Source: an uncultured bacterium
Lineage (GTDB): Bacteria > Verrucomicrobiota > Verrucomicrobiia > Limisphaerales > UBA8199
Direction: 5' to 3'
Assembly (NCBI GenBank): GCA_963749495.1
Contig: CAVVMW010000012.1
Coordinates: forward strand, 256,001-320,000
DNA: 64,000 nucleotides
The notes below the pieces were generated by a model. That model saw only the letters and a program-made list of their open reading frames with translations. It searched no databases and had not been told where the DNA came from. The stretch's first letter is position 1, and each line of letters starts with the position of its first letter. This document shows positions 1-11,521 of the stretch, piece by piece. The position numbers and the translations under genes were made by a program.

Positions 1-1
1 C

Positions 2-2243
2 ATCGTGCCAATCGCTTGCCAGACAATCACGAGGACGATTACGAACCTGCTTAAGGTGGATCCATTCTCCTTGAGCGCCAAAGCTGGTGACGAATGGGTG
101 ATCGAAGTGCAAAAGGTCTCCGGGAGCCTGTACCCCGCGATCGAGATCCGCGATCCCAGTGATGTTCTTATCGCCAGCAATCAGAGCAGCGCCTCGGTTG
201 AGATCAACCCGCTTACCTGCACCAACGTCGGAGTTTACAGCATCTGGGTGTATGATTATTACGGCACCGGGACTGGAACCTACTACCTTTCGGCCGCGCT
301 CAATGTGCCAGGGCCGCCAGTCATCATCAGCCAGCCGCAAGGCCAGACAAATTACGTGGGATCTACCGTGAACTTTAGCGTCGGAGCAGAAGGGTCGTGT
401 TCTTCGAGCCTTCCGCTGAGCTACCAATGGCGTTGTTACGGGACAAACCTGATCAACGGCGGGCGTGTTAGCGGAGTAACGAACACTACCCTGACCATCT
501 CGAACCTTCAGGCCAATGACGCAGGCCCCTACACTGTCGTGGTCAGCAATTCAGGGGGCGCGGTCGACCAGCAGCCCAGCGTGGTTGGAGGTGCTCACCG
601 TGACCAACACGGTGACCTTCGCAATGGGGAGCGTGAGCGGGTGGCAGGGAGCGCTGGTTGATGTGCCCGTAGTGGTGACGCAGTTCGTGCAGGTGAAGTC
701 GTTTCAGTTCTCGTGCCACTGGGATCCGGCCGTGGCACAACTCGCGGGGTTGCCTCAGTTCGGACTGCCCGGCATGACCCAGGGCAATTTCGGAACGAAC
801 CTGGCGCCGGGTGGCACTGTGGCCGTTTCCTGGGACGACCCCGACGCGGCGAGCAAGAGCCTCACCAATGGCACGGTGGCCTTCGCCCTTCGGCTAAGAC
901 TGGTCGGAACCAACGGAGCGACCAGCAGACTTTGGATCGATGGCAACCCGACCACCGTCGAGGTGTTGAATGCGCAGTTCATGGGGCTGCCGGCGAATCT
1001 CATTTCTGGCACGCTTGTCATTACGAACGGCCCGAGCATCAGCGGCGTCATTGATTATTTCGCCGGGCTGTCAAATCCGGTTGCCGGGGTCACCGTGCAG
1101 CTTGGCGGGGCAGACAACAGGACCACGGTTACAGCCGCCGACGGCAGCTATGTCTTCGCTAACCTGAGGCAGGGCAGCAACTACACACTCACCCCTAGCC
1201 GCTCGACGGACGATCCCCCTTCCAGGGGCGTGACTTCGGCGGACATTCTTGCGGTTCGCGCGCACATTCTTCAAATCATCCCGCTCGACCCGCCTTGGAA
1301 ACTCCTTGCCGCCGACGTGAATGCGGATCACGCCATTACGACGGCGGACATTGACTACATGCGGCCGCTGATCCTGGGCATGACTAGCTCTCTGCCGGCG
1401 GGCCTGTGGCTCTTTGTCCCAACGGACTACGTTTTTCCCGATCCCTCGCACCCTTGGAATCCGCCTGGCGCTCGGTCGGTGACGAACCTCCTGGGCGACC
1501 TCCCAGGCCAGAGCTTTACCGGGGTCAAATTGGGCGACGTGAACGGTTCCTGGCCGGATCCTCCGGGCACGGCAGGGAGTGTACACGCCATGGCCTATTC
1601 CGAGGGCCCCGTCACGTTTGCCCTGAAAGGGGGCATCTGCCGCGCAGGCGACAATGTGAACGTGGCCGTTGCGGTCATGGGGTTCACGAACGTCACCAGC
1701 GCCCAATTCACGCTCGAGTGGGATTCGGCCCTCCTTGAGTTTGTGAGCGCAGGAGGCTATGGCCTGCCCGATCTGGGCAGCGCCAACTTCGGCACCAACC
1801 GGGTCAGCGCGGGGAAGCTCGCTTTCGCCTGGGATGACAGCACTCTGGCCGGAGTTTCGCTGGCAGATGGCAGTGCCATCTTCACCGCCACCCTGCGCGG
1901 TTTGGCTGGCCCTTGCGAGAAAACGTCCAGCCTCACGTTCAGTGATGACCCCACGGTTCGGGAGGTCACCGTTGCGCTGCGCCAGGTCGGACTTGCCGAA
2001 GTGCCTGGCAGCGTGTTGGTGACCTGCCGGCCCGGGCTGGCGCTGCGAATGACCAACGGTGTGCCGGTGCTCGTGATCCAGGGAACGCCGGGCATGCAGG
2101 TCGAGCTGCAGAAGGCGCTCGTCCTGGCGCCCGGGGCTTGGTCCAAAGTGGCGGACGTAACCTTGAGCGCTCCCGAACAACCGTGGGCTGACCCGGCCGG
2201 TCTTGGTGGCGGTTCGGCCTTTTACAGGCTCCTTGTGAAATAG
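2..2243 (+). CDS. Large secreted multidomain protein, 5'-partial: PPC-like domain, Ig I-set, cohesin, carboxypeptidase-regulatory-like, dockerin, second cohesin, C-terminal FYR domain; one frameshift near 565
   Basis: ORF 5..661 (IISQPQ...YQW...DAGPYTVVVSN, Ig) joins ORF 516..2243 if one base is removed near 565 (GGAV-TSSPAWLEV). Cohesin motifs FQFSCHWDP and AQFTLEWDS; dockerin-like ADVNADHAITTADI and LGDVNGS. Confidence 0.75.
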
Positions 2244-2267
2244 GGACACCGGTCATTTCCGCCGACG

Positions 2268-3023
2268 ATGAAAATGAATGAACCTATGAAAACAATCTTC
2301 AATAGCAGATTTCCGAAGGTGGCGGTCATTTGCACGGATGAGGAGCGGTTGAAGAAAATCGCCCCCGCGGTGACCGGGAGCCTCGGCGCGGAAATGGCCG
2401 CGCGGGTCATTTACGCTAAACGATGCGTGGGCGGTTTGGCTCTGCTGAGTCTGGTGCTGTGGTGGAGCGGATGCGTTAGCCCCAAGGTTCCGGAGGTCGA
2501 GCCGGTCGACTACGACACCAAGGTTCCCCTAGCGGCGGCGTTCTACATGGAAAAGTCCGACCAGGAAGCCGTTAGCAGCCGCGGAACGCTCAAGATATCA
2601 ACAGGTCAGTTTGTTCACCGCTACGCCCTTGTCGGCTTGACCAAGGGGTTCACCCACTTTGCTGAAAGCCCTACCCTTCCGCCCGCCGGGGAGCACGATG
2701 TGTTGATCAGCATCAAGGGCCTCAAGCACAAGCTGGACGTGCCGTTTCCTGGCTCGACCTTCATCCTGGACTTGGAAGTGCCGGTGCAGGTGGACAGCCG
2801 TCAAGGCAAGCGGCTTATGGACGAGGTGCTGAAAGACAAGATCACCGTGCGGCAAAGTTCAAGCGCGGGGGGCATGCTGGCCGCCTTGGAATTGTCGCCC
2901 CGGTTTGAAACAGCGATCCACCGATCGTTGACCAAGATGTTCAAGGAACTGATGGAGACCATCCAGGACGAATCCAAGAAATGGGAACTCCCGGCCAAAG
3001 CCTCGGTGCCGCCGCCGCCGTAG
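2268..3023 (+). CDS. Putative lipoprotein, hypothetical
   Basis: Hydrophobic stretch ending WSGC; first of three co-oriented genes; exact start uncertain. Confidence 0.6.
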   Translation: MKMNEPMKTIFNSRFPKVAVICTDEERLKKIAPAVTGSLGAEMAARVIYAKRCVGGLALLSLVLWWSGCVSPKVPEVEPVDYDTKVPLAAAFYMEKSDQEAVSSRGTLKISTGQFVHRYALVGLTKGFTHFAESPTLPPAGEHDVLISIKGLKHKLDVPFPGSTFILDLEVPVQVDSRQGKRLMDEVLKDKITVRQSSSAGGMLAALELSPRFETAIHRSLTKMFKELMETIQDESKKWELPAKASVPPPP

Positions 3024-3072
3024 CCCACGCGGCCCGGCCAACCTCTGGCACGATCGACGCTACGAACATGTC

Positions 3073-3639
3073 ATGAACCGAACATCCGAAAGGCCGCTCC
3101 TACCGTATCGGGGTCTGCTGATCCTCTTTCTGGGCGGGGCCCTCACCGCCGGGGGCAGTGAGAATGTGTTTTCCTACTCCAAGTGGGCATCGATCCCCCC
3201 GAACAAAAATGTCTCCATTCGGCTGTTGCGCCCGCTGTGCGCCCAGGTGGATGCGACCAAATTCGCGCTCGAAAGCCTGCCGCCGGCTCTCACGGAAAAG
3301 CTGAAACGGGCGGAGAGCTTCAAAGGCCGAAAGGTGGACATCCTGCCGTCGTCCGAGGCCAAACCGAGCGGCCTGTTGCTGGAAGTGAAGCCTATTGACG
3401 TGCTGAGTGTACCGGGGATTCCGACGGTCACCACCGGACTTCTGGGGGGGGCGCCCGGCATGGTGGCCGTGGCCGGCCGTCTGGTCGATGCCGACAAGGA
3501 TCGAATTCTGATGACCTTCGAGGACACACGTATCGTCGAGCGGACCATCCTCCACGGGGGTGACAGGGCCTTCATCGCTCACCTCGCCAACTTGATCGCC
3601 GAGGATATTGTGGCCATGCTCGAGGAAAGGCACAGGTAA
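3073..3639 (+). CDS. Secreted hypothetical protein (DUF4410-like)
   Basis: N-terminal signal-like segment; VAGRLVDA...F and LANLIAEDIV C-terminal pattern. Confidence 0.55.
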   Translation: MNRTSERPLLPYRGLLILFLGGALTAGGSENVFSYSKWASIPPNKNVSIRLLRPLCAQVDATKFALESLPPALTEKLKRAESFKGRKVDILPSSEAKPSGLLLEVKPIDVLSVPGIPTVTTGLLGGAPGMVAVAGRLVDADKDRILMTFEDTRIVERTILHGGDRAFIAHLANLIAEDIVAMLEERHR

Positions 3640-3640
3640 C

Positions 3641-4207
3641 ATGCGGAAGCCTCAACCCCTCCTGCTTATCGGCTGCCTGGGCACGCTACTGGTCCTGGCG
3701 GTCGGCTGTTCCACTCCTCCGAAGTTCCCGATCGCCGAGATGGCGCGACACGCGTCGTTCGAACCCATGAAACCCGGCGCCCGGCTCCAGGGAACTGGGC
3801 TCATTCTCGTGCCGAAGGATTTGCTCAAAGCAATGCCCAGCCTGGACAGCGGTGCCGACAATCTCTGGCTTTGGTTCTACAGGACCGGCTTGGGCACCGC
3901 TTTCGACCAGGCTGAGATCATCGAGCAACTACCCGCAGATACCGGGGGCAGCCGGGGGAAAGTGGTGGTGAAACCGGAACTCTGGGGATACTTCTTCCAG
4001 CGCTACGGGCGGCAGTGGACCTGCTGGCTGGAGTTCAAAATCCGTTTCCTCAGCCCTCAGGGAAAACAGCGCGCAGCGTTTCTGGCCGAAGGAGATGGGA
4101 CCGAGACCGAAGCGATACCGGCCTTGGCCTCAGCTCTGCGTGGCGTGATTCGGAAATACCAGCGCACCATCACCAACAGCAAACAGGAGGATTTCCTGGG
4201 GCCATAG
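3641..4207 (+). CDS. Putative lipoprotein
   Basis: ATG 1 nt after upstream stop; lipobox LAVGC. Confidence 0.65.
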   Translation: MRKPQPLLLIGCLGTLLVLAVGCSTPPKFPIAEMARHASFEPMKPGARLQGTGLILVPKDLLKAMPSLDSGADNLWLWFYRTGLGTAFDQAEIIEQLPADTGGSRGKVVVKPELWGYFFQRYGRQWTCWLEFKIRFLSPQGKQRAAFLAEGDGTETEAIPALASALRGVIRKYQRTITNSKQEDFLGP

Positions 4208-4363
4208 CCGGGAGCCTCACGGCCCCTGTGGGCGGCCGGGGACTGCGACGATGTGCGAACCTTGAAGCGCAAAGCAGTGGGAAGTAGGGCTCACATCTCA
4301 ACATTTGACATTTGCCTGTACGGTGCGGAAATTCATCCAGGGGGAGACAGTTGGCCTTCCCAC

Positions 4364-4590
4364 CGACTGGTCAGTCCGCCGTTTGTGGTGCCGGCGGCGA
4401 GCCAGAGCCCGCGGCTGCGGTTCTGGCACTGGCTTGACCTGGACACCTCATACGGTGACGAAGCTTGGGTGGAGATCAGCGTCAGTGGTGGGAGTTGGAG
4501 CACGATTTCGCCCACCCACTCTGGCAGTTCCGGAGGGAACTGGACTCAGCCTTGGCTTGACTTGGTTGCTTATGCGGGGAAGATCGTGTG
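4364..4590 (+). pseudogene. Orphan fragment of an immune-inhibitor-A/MAM-like beta-sandwich domain
   Basis: RLVSPPFVVP...PRLRFWHW...DEAWVEIS...W...LDLVAYAGKIV with no signal peptide or credible start. Confidence 0.55.
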
Positions 4591-4637
4591 GGCGTATGCC
4601 AGTCAACTTCGAAAGCCTCAACCGAAAAATCAACACC

Positions 4638-7600
4638 ATGAGCACGAATCCATCCTGTAGTTCAAAGTTTGCCGGTCGGGGTTCAAGTTTTGATGTTCCC
4701 CTCCTTCTGCTGCTATTCCTAGCCACAGCCGCCAGTGCCCAAGCCATCCTGCGCTACGTGGACGCGAACAGCACCAATGCCACGCCACCCTACACCAATT
4801 GGACCACCGCTGCCCGGGTCATCCAGGACGCTGTGGAGGCTGCCGTGCCTGCTGACGAAATCGTGGTGGCCAACGGCATCTACGCCATCGGTGGGCGGGC
4901 AGTGGACGGAACCATGACCAACCGCGTGGCGGTGGACAAACCGCTGACGCTACGGAGCATCAACGGCCCCCAGTTCACGGTGATCCAGGGCTGCCAGGTG
5001 GCCGGAACAACCAACGGGGACAGCGCGGTTCGGTGCGTGTACCTGGCCGACGGCGCCAGCCTGTCCGGGTTCACATTGACCAATGGCGCCACGCAGAGTG
5101 AAGGGGATTCGACCGGCGAGCAAGGCGGCGGAGTGTTCTGCGCCTCCACGAACGCCACCCTCACGAACTGTGTCCTCGTCGGCAATTCGGCCTTTCAGGA
5201 CGGCGGCGGAGCGTATTCGGGCACGTTGAACAACTGCACGATCAGCGGCAACTCGGCCTCGCAGGACGGCGGGGGGGCGTATTTTTGCACACTCAACAAC
5301 TGCACGCTCACCGGCAACTCGGCTAGCGACTCCGGCGGCGGCGCGTATCTAAGCACGCTGAACAACTGCACGGTGAGCGGCAACTCGGCCAACAGCGGGG
5401 GCGGGGCATACCACGGCACTCTGAACAACTGCACAATCAGCGGCAACTCGGCCTCGCAGGACGGCGGGGGGGCGTATTTTTGCACACTCAACAACTGCAC
5501 GCTGACGGGCAACTCTGCCTGGTGCGGTGGAGGGGCGAATGGGGGTGCGCTGCACAACTGCATCCTGTATTTCAACACCTCGGCGCCCGGACTCGGAGCG
5601 AACTACTACTATCTCCAGGGTACGCTGAACTACTGTTGCACTACGCCGCAACCGGACTCCTGGCAGGGCGTCGGCAACCTGAGCCTCGATCCGCAACTGG
5701 CCAGCGCCTCGCACTTAAGCCCCGGTTCGCCTTGTCGGGGAGCAGGCAGCGCCGCCTACGCAACCGGCACCGACATTGACGGAGAAAGCTGGGCCAATCC
5801 GCCGTCCATCGGCTGCGAGGAATACCACACGGGGGCAGTGACGGGACCGTTGAGTGTCGCCATCGTTGCGCCCCTGACGAATCTTGCGGCGCGCTATCCC
5901 GCAGGTCTCACGGCGCTCATTGAAGGGAGAACCAGCGCCAGTGCGTGGGACTTTGGGGACGGGTTGGTGGTGAGCAACCAGCCCTATGCCTCTCACAGTT
6001 GGGCAGCGGCTGGAGACTATCTGATACGGCTTAGCGCGTATAACGAGACCCATCCCGAAGGGGTGAGCGCGACTGGCCTGGTTCATGTGGTATCGACGAC
6101 GCGCTACGTGGACGCGAACAACGCCACCCCTGCACTGCCTTACACCAACTGGACCGCCGCCGCCGCAACGATCCAGCAGGCTGTGGAGGCGGCGGACATG
6201 GGAGACGAGGTTGTGGTGACCAACGGCACGTACGCCACGGGCGGGCGGGCGGTCTATGGCACCATGACCAACCGTGTGGCGGTGAACAAGCCGCTGATCG
6301 TGCGAAGCGTCAACGGCCCGCAGTTCACGGTGATCCAAGGTTGCCAAGTGCCTGGCACCACCAACGGAGACGGCGCAATTCGGTGCGTGTACCTCACCAA
6401 CGGTGCCAGCCTGACCGGCTTCACCTTGACCCACGGGGCCACACGGAGCACCGGGGATGACAGCCGCGAGCAAAGCGGCGGCGGGCTGTGGTGTGAATCC
6501 ACAAATTCCTTGGTGACCAACTGCGTCATTGCGGGCAACTTGGCGCACTACTCCGGCGGCGGGGCGTATTCGGGCACGCTGAACGACTGCACGTTGACCG
6601 GCAACTCGGCCCACGACGGTGGCGGGGCACACTCGGGCACTCTGAACAACTGCACGCTCACGGCCAACTGCGCTGGCTACGGCGGCGGCGGGGCGTCTGG
6701 GAGCACGCTGAACAACTGCGCGTTGACCGGCAACTCGGCCGTTTGGGGTGGCGGGGCCGGTGGCGACTACTTCAGCGGCTACTGCACGCTGAACAACTGC
6801 ACACTGACCGGCAACTCGGCCCAAGACTCGGGTGGTGGCGCATCTTCGTGCGCGCTCGGCAACTGCATCGTCTATTTCAACACGGGTCCAAACGGAGCGA
6901 ATTACGACGACACTTCCTGCATTGTGAACTACTGTTGCACCACGCCGCAACCGGACTCCGGGCAGGGCGTCGGCAACCTCAGCCTCGATCCGCAACTGGC
7001 CAGCGCCTGGCACTTAAGCGCCGGTTCGCCTTGTCGGGGAGCAGGCAGCGCCGCCTACGCAACCGGCACCGACATTGACGGAGAAAGCTGGGCCAATCCC
7101 CCGTCCATCGGCTGCGAGGAATACCACACGGGGGCAGTGACGGGACCGTTGAGTGTCGCCATCGCTGCGCCCCTGACGAATCTCCCGGCGGGCTATCCCG
7201 CAGGACTCACGGCGCTCATTGAAGGGAGAACCAGCGCCAGTGTGTGGGACTTCGGGGACGGGCTGGTGTCGAGCAACCAGCCTTACGCGACGCACGCCTG
7301 GGCAACGGCCGGCAACTATGCCGTGGTCTTGTGGGCGTATAATGACAGCCAGCCGTTTGGGGTGAGGGCCACAACGACAGTCCACGTGGTCGCGCAGCCC
7401 GTTCACTATGTCGCAGCCGGCAGCACCAATGCGCTAGCGCCCTACACTTCTTGGTCCACGGCGGCTGCAACCATCCAAGATGCCGTGGAGGCAGCGGAGC
7501 TTTGGGCGTTGGTGTTGGTGACCAACGGCACCTACCTCACGGGCGGGCGGGCGGTGGGAACAAACGCCTTGGTCAACCGCGTGGCCGTGGGCAAGCCGCT

Positions 7601-9378
7601 GGCGCTGCAGAGCGTCAACGGGCCGCAGTTCACGGTGATCCAGGGCTGCCAGGTGGCCGGGACAACCAACGGAGACGGCGCAATTCGGTGCGTGTACCTG
7701 GCCGACGGCGCCAGCCTGTCCGGGTTCACGTTGACCAATGGCGCCACGCAGAGTGGCGGGGATTCGACCGGCCAGCAAGGCGGCGGAGTGTTTTGCGCCT
7801 CCACCAACGCCACCCTCACGAACTGTGTCCTCGTGGGCAACTCGGCCTTTCAGGACGGCGGCGGGGCGTATTCGGGCACGCTGAACAACTGCACGGTGAC
7901 CAGCAACTCGGCCTACTACGGCGGCGGGGCATACTCCGGCACGCTGAACAACTGCACGCTGACCGGCAACTCCGCTTCCTTTGCCGGCGGTGGGGCGTCC
8001 TACGGCATGCTGAACAACTGCACGCTTGCAGGCAACTCGGCCGTCGGAGGGTTTTTGCTCACCGCGCTAGGCGGGGGAACCTACCAAGCCACGCTGAACA
8101 ACTGCACGCTGGCCAGCAATTCGTCGCGTGTGAGCGGTGGGGGGGCGTTTGGAGGCACACTGAACAACTGCACGGTGAGCGGCAACTCCGCCGACAGCGG
8201 GGGCGGGGTGTGTAACTACACGGAGTGGGGCCCGTGTGTGCTCAACGGGTGCACACTCAACGGGAATTCTGCCGGGGACTCTGGCGGCGGAGCTGAAAGC
8301 TGCACGCTGAACAACTGCACGCTGATCGGCAACAATGCTCGCAACGGCGGAGGGGCGAGTGACTGCTGGATGAGTAACTGCACGGTGAGCACTAATTCGG
8401 GCACTGTGGGTGGCGGAGTGTATGAGGGCACGCTGAGCAACTGCAATTTGGCTGGGAACTCGGCCAGGGACGGCGGCGGGGTGGCTTTTGCCACGGTGAA
8501 CAACTGCACGCTGACTGGAAACTTGGCGACCGGGGGCGGTGGGTCTGAAAGTGGCACGCTGAACAACTGTGCCCTGACCGGCAACTCGGCTTTCCTTTAC
8601 GGGGGCGGCGCCAATGGGGGCACCCTCAATAACTGCACGCTGACCGCAAACTTGGCGTGCAACTTCGGGGGCGGGGCGACTGGGGCCCTCTTACGGCGGT
8701 GGGGCAATCAACCTGAACAACTGCATCGTCTATTACAACACAGCACCGAGTGGGGCGAATTATGATTACAGCAACACCAACAACATCCTGAACTTCTGTT
8801 GCACGGATCCACAGCCGACCAACGGAGTTGGCAACATCGCCAACGCTCCGCTATTCGTAGATTACGCCGGCGGCAACCTGCGCCTGCAATCCAACTCCCC
8901 CTGCATCAACTCCGGAAACAACGCCTATGTCGTCGGCAGCACCGACTTGGACGGCAATCCCCGCATCGTCGGCGGCACGGTGGACATTGGGGCATACGAA
9001 TATCAAACACCTGCTTCAATCATTTCCTATGCTTGGCTCCAATATTATGGCCTGCCCACGGACGGCTCGGCGGATTTCGCAGATCCAGACCACGACGGCA
9101 TGAACAATTGGCAGGAGTGGCGTTGCGGAACAGACCCCACCAACGCTCTTTCAGTCTTGAAGATTCTTGCTCCATCCAACACCGTTTCAGGCATCAACAT
9201 CACCTGGCAAAGCGTTCAAGGAATCAACTATTATCTCCAGAGCAGCACCAATCTCTCCGGGCAACCAGCGTTCAGCCTCGTTCATAGCAATATTGTTGGG
9301 CAGGCCGGTACTACGAGTTTCATGGACACCAACGCCACAGGAGCCGTTCCCTGTTTTTACCGGGTGGGGGTGCAATGA
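4638..9378 (+). CDS. Large secreted right-handed beta-helix (choice-of-anchor-Q-like) repeat protein with two PKD domains and C-terminal FYR domain; frameshift near 8690
   Basis: Signal peptide; many [18 protein letters not shown] repeats; PKD WDFGDG twice; frame 8713..9378 continues LNNCIVYYN...DLDGNPRI...[19 protein letters not shown] and ends FYRVGVQ. Confidence 0.85.
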
Positions 9379-9894
9379 GACTGCGCGCCAAACGAAGGCC
9401 GTAGATTCAAGAAACTCGGGCGACGACGGACGGAGCGGGTGCGCCCTAAAGATGTTGAGATCCCAGAGGGATCACGGATCGTTTTTCAGCGGAATGGATC
9501 GCCGATGCTGGCCAGCAAACCACAGGGCAGGGGAGCCTGGCACCGGAACGAGGAGCTTTTGCTCATTCACGACGATCCTGAGCAGGCCGGGAAAGACCTC
9601 CCTCAAGGCACCTGGCGCAGAACGGCGGAGGCCTTCCAGAAGATCATCCACGAGAGGGCCGGCGCCTGAAGCCCGCTCCGGTGGCTGCTCTACAACAGGG
9701 TCACTTTTTTGTCTCACACCCGAGCGTCACGGGATTTTGCTGGACACGTGCGAATTCCTCTGGCTCCTGTCCTCCGACCCGCTGGTCAGGCAACGTCCGA
9801 TGGCGTTGCTTTGAGCTTTGTTCGCTGCCAGCAGGCATCGCCTGGAGAGCGAATCCGCTTGTTGCAACGGCGGCTCGTGGCTAACATATCCTGC

Positions 9895-10149
9895 ATGAGC
9901 GCGGTCGAACTCGCTGTTAGAGAAGTCAAAAAACTTTCGGCGCCGGAGGCCCGTCAACTGTTGCGCTGGCTGGGGGAGCGGAAGGGGAAAAGAGCGCCTC
10001 TGAGACAGCGGGCCGGGACATCGCGTCGCAAAGCCGCTGCCCGCCGCTCCATGCGGAAGCTCAAGGCATGGCAAGACTCTGTTCGAGGCACGACTGACTG
10101 GGAACCGCCGAGGATGCCTGAGGATCTGGTCAAGCCGGCGCCGCTGTGA
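9895..10149 (+). CDS. Putative antitoxin, copy 1 (84 aa)
   Basis: MSAVELAVREVKKLS...DWEPPRMP; paralog of 10650..10904; followed by overlapping GTG AAC TTC GTG PIN start that is truncated. Confidence 0.7.
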   Translation: MSAVELAVREVKKLSAPEARQLLRWLGERKGKRAPLRQRAGTSRRKAAARRSMRKLKAWQDSVRGTTDWEPPRMPEDLVKPAPL

Positions 10150-10264
10150 ACTTCGTGCCCGATGCTAAAGCCGAAATCTTCCCCAGCGTCGGGCCAATCG
10201 CGTCACCGCAATCAGACGCGCGAGACTTCTTGCCGCCGGTCGAGTCCAAGGTTAATCTCGTGTC

Positions 10265-10486
10265 ATGAGCTATCTGACGGTTGAAGTCGAAATTGATCAC
10301 GGGCGCGTTTCACCGAGAGGCGCTGAAACGCTGCCCGAGAAAGCGTCCGGTCTGCTCACGATTCTCAATCCGCCGCCGCTTGGCCAGCCGCGTCCAATCG
10401 GTTTGGCCAAGGGCCAGTTCACCGTGCCGGAGGACTTCAACGCCCCGTTGCCAGAAGACGTGCTCCGGACGTTCGAGGGCAAATGA
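10265..10486 (+). CDS. Putative antitoxin (DUF2281/DUF104-like, VapB-type)
   Basis: C-terminal RPIGLAKGQFTVPEDFNAPLPED..F motif typical of PIN-toxin partners; ATGA overlap with PIN stub MRILPDTCEFVWL. Confidence 0.75.
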   Translation: MSYLTVEVEIDHGRVSPRGAETLPEKASGLLTILNPPPLGQPRPIGLAKGQFTVPEDFNAPLPEDVLRTFEGK

Positions 10487-10649
10487 GGATTTTGCCGGAC
10501 ACCTGCGAATTCGTCTGGCTCGTGTCCTCCTTCCATCTGGTCAGGCAATGTCCGATGGCGTTGCTTTGAGCTTTGTTCGCTGCCAGCGGGCATCGCCTGG
10601 AGAGCGAATCCGCTTGCTGCAACGGCGGCTCCTGGCTAACATATCCTGC

Positions 10650-10904
10650 ATGAGCGCAGTCGAACTCGCTGTCAGAGAAGTCAAAAAACTTTCGGCGCCG
10701 GAGGCCCGTCAACTGTTGCGCTGGCTGGGGGAGCGCAAGGGCAATGGAACTTCTCTCAAACAGCCCACTCGAAGACCGCGTCGCAAGAGCGCCGCTCGCC
10801 GTTCCATGCGAAAGCTCAAGGCATGGCAAGACTCGGTTCGTTTCACCACGGATTGGGAGCCGCCGCGAATGCCCGGCAACCTCGTCATGCCCGCTCGTGC
10901 GTGA
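10650..10904 (+). CDS. Putative antitoxin, copy 2 (84 aa)
   Basis: GTGA overlap with intact PIN gene. Confidence 0.75.
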   Translation: MSAVELAVREVKKLSAPEARQLLRWLGERKGNGTSLKQPTRRPRRKSAARRSMRKLKAWQDSVRFTTDWEPPRMPGNLVMPARA

Positions 10905-11305
10905 ACTTCGTGCTCGATACGAACGCGGTCAGCGAGGTGGAAAAGCCGCGGCCCAATCCTGGGCTGATCGCATGGCATGATGCCCAAGACGCCGCGCGCC
11001 TTTTCATCACTACCATCACACTGGCGGAAGTGTGGCACGGTTTTCATTGCCTGGAACCCGGCCACCCCGATTACGACCGCATCAAGAGATTCGCGGCCGA
11101 CCTGCCGCGGAAATATCGCGTGTTGAACTTCGACGCTCGCGCCGCGGCGATTTGGGGACAGCTCACCGCCCGTGCCGGCGGGCCGTTGCCCCTGCGGGAT
11201 TCGCTCATTGCCGCCATCGTCCGCTCGCGCGGCTTTCGGATCGTCACACGCGATGCCACGCCGTTCGAACGCATGGGCTGTAAAGTCCTCAGCCCGTGGA
11301 GTTAG
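10901..11305 (+). CDS. vapC: PIN-domain (VapC family) toxin
   Basis: FVLDTNAVSE...TLAEV...DSLIAA...IVTRD...F; 134 aa. Confidence 0.9.
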   Translation: MNFVLDTNAVSEVEKPRPNPGLIAWHDAQDAARLFITTITLAEVWHGFHCLEPGHPDYDRIKRFAADLPRKYRVLNFDARAAAIWGQLTARAGGPLPLRDSLIAAIVRSRGFRIVTRDATPFERMGCKVLSPWS

Positions 11306-11521
11306 AACGGAGCAGGACCGGAGCCTCGGCTGGCCGTGTGTGATCGGCGCGAGCGCGGCGGTTATCAGACTCAGCCGCAGAATTGCGGAAGTGCCATTGG
11401 CCGGATTCGCTTGCCGCAAGTCCATTCGGCGCCGTGCACTTTTCCGAATCGCTTTTTCCAAAGCGCGCCGCTAGGCTCCCCGGCAGCAAAACCGAGCGCA
11501 ACGTAACGAAAGAGTCGCGGC

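Larger units (their letters stand above)
9732..10913 (+). repeat. Diverged direct duplication, 9732-10158 vs 10487-10913 (offset 755 bp): PIN stub, promoter, antitoxin, PIN start
   Basis: Near-identical sequence from ggattttgc..ggacac..gcgaattc through gtgaacttcgtgc in both copies. Confidence 0.9.

Noticed and set aside
4638..9378. Near-identical internal repeats as a DGR template/variable pair
   Set aside because: Differences are not adenine-specific, both copies are coding, and no reverse transcriptase is in the window.
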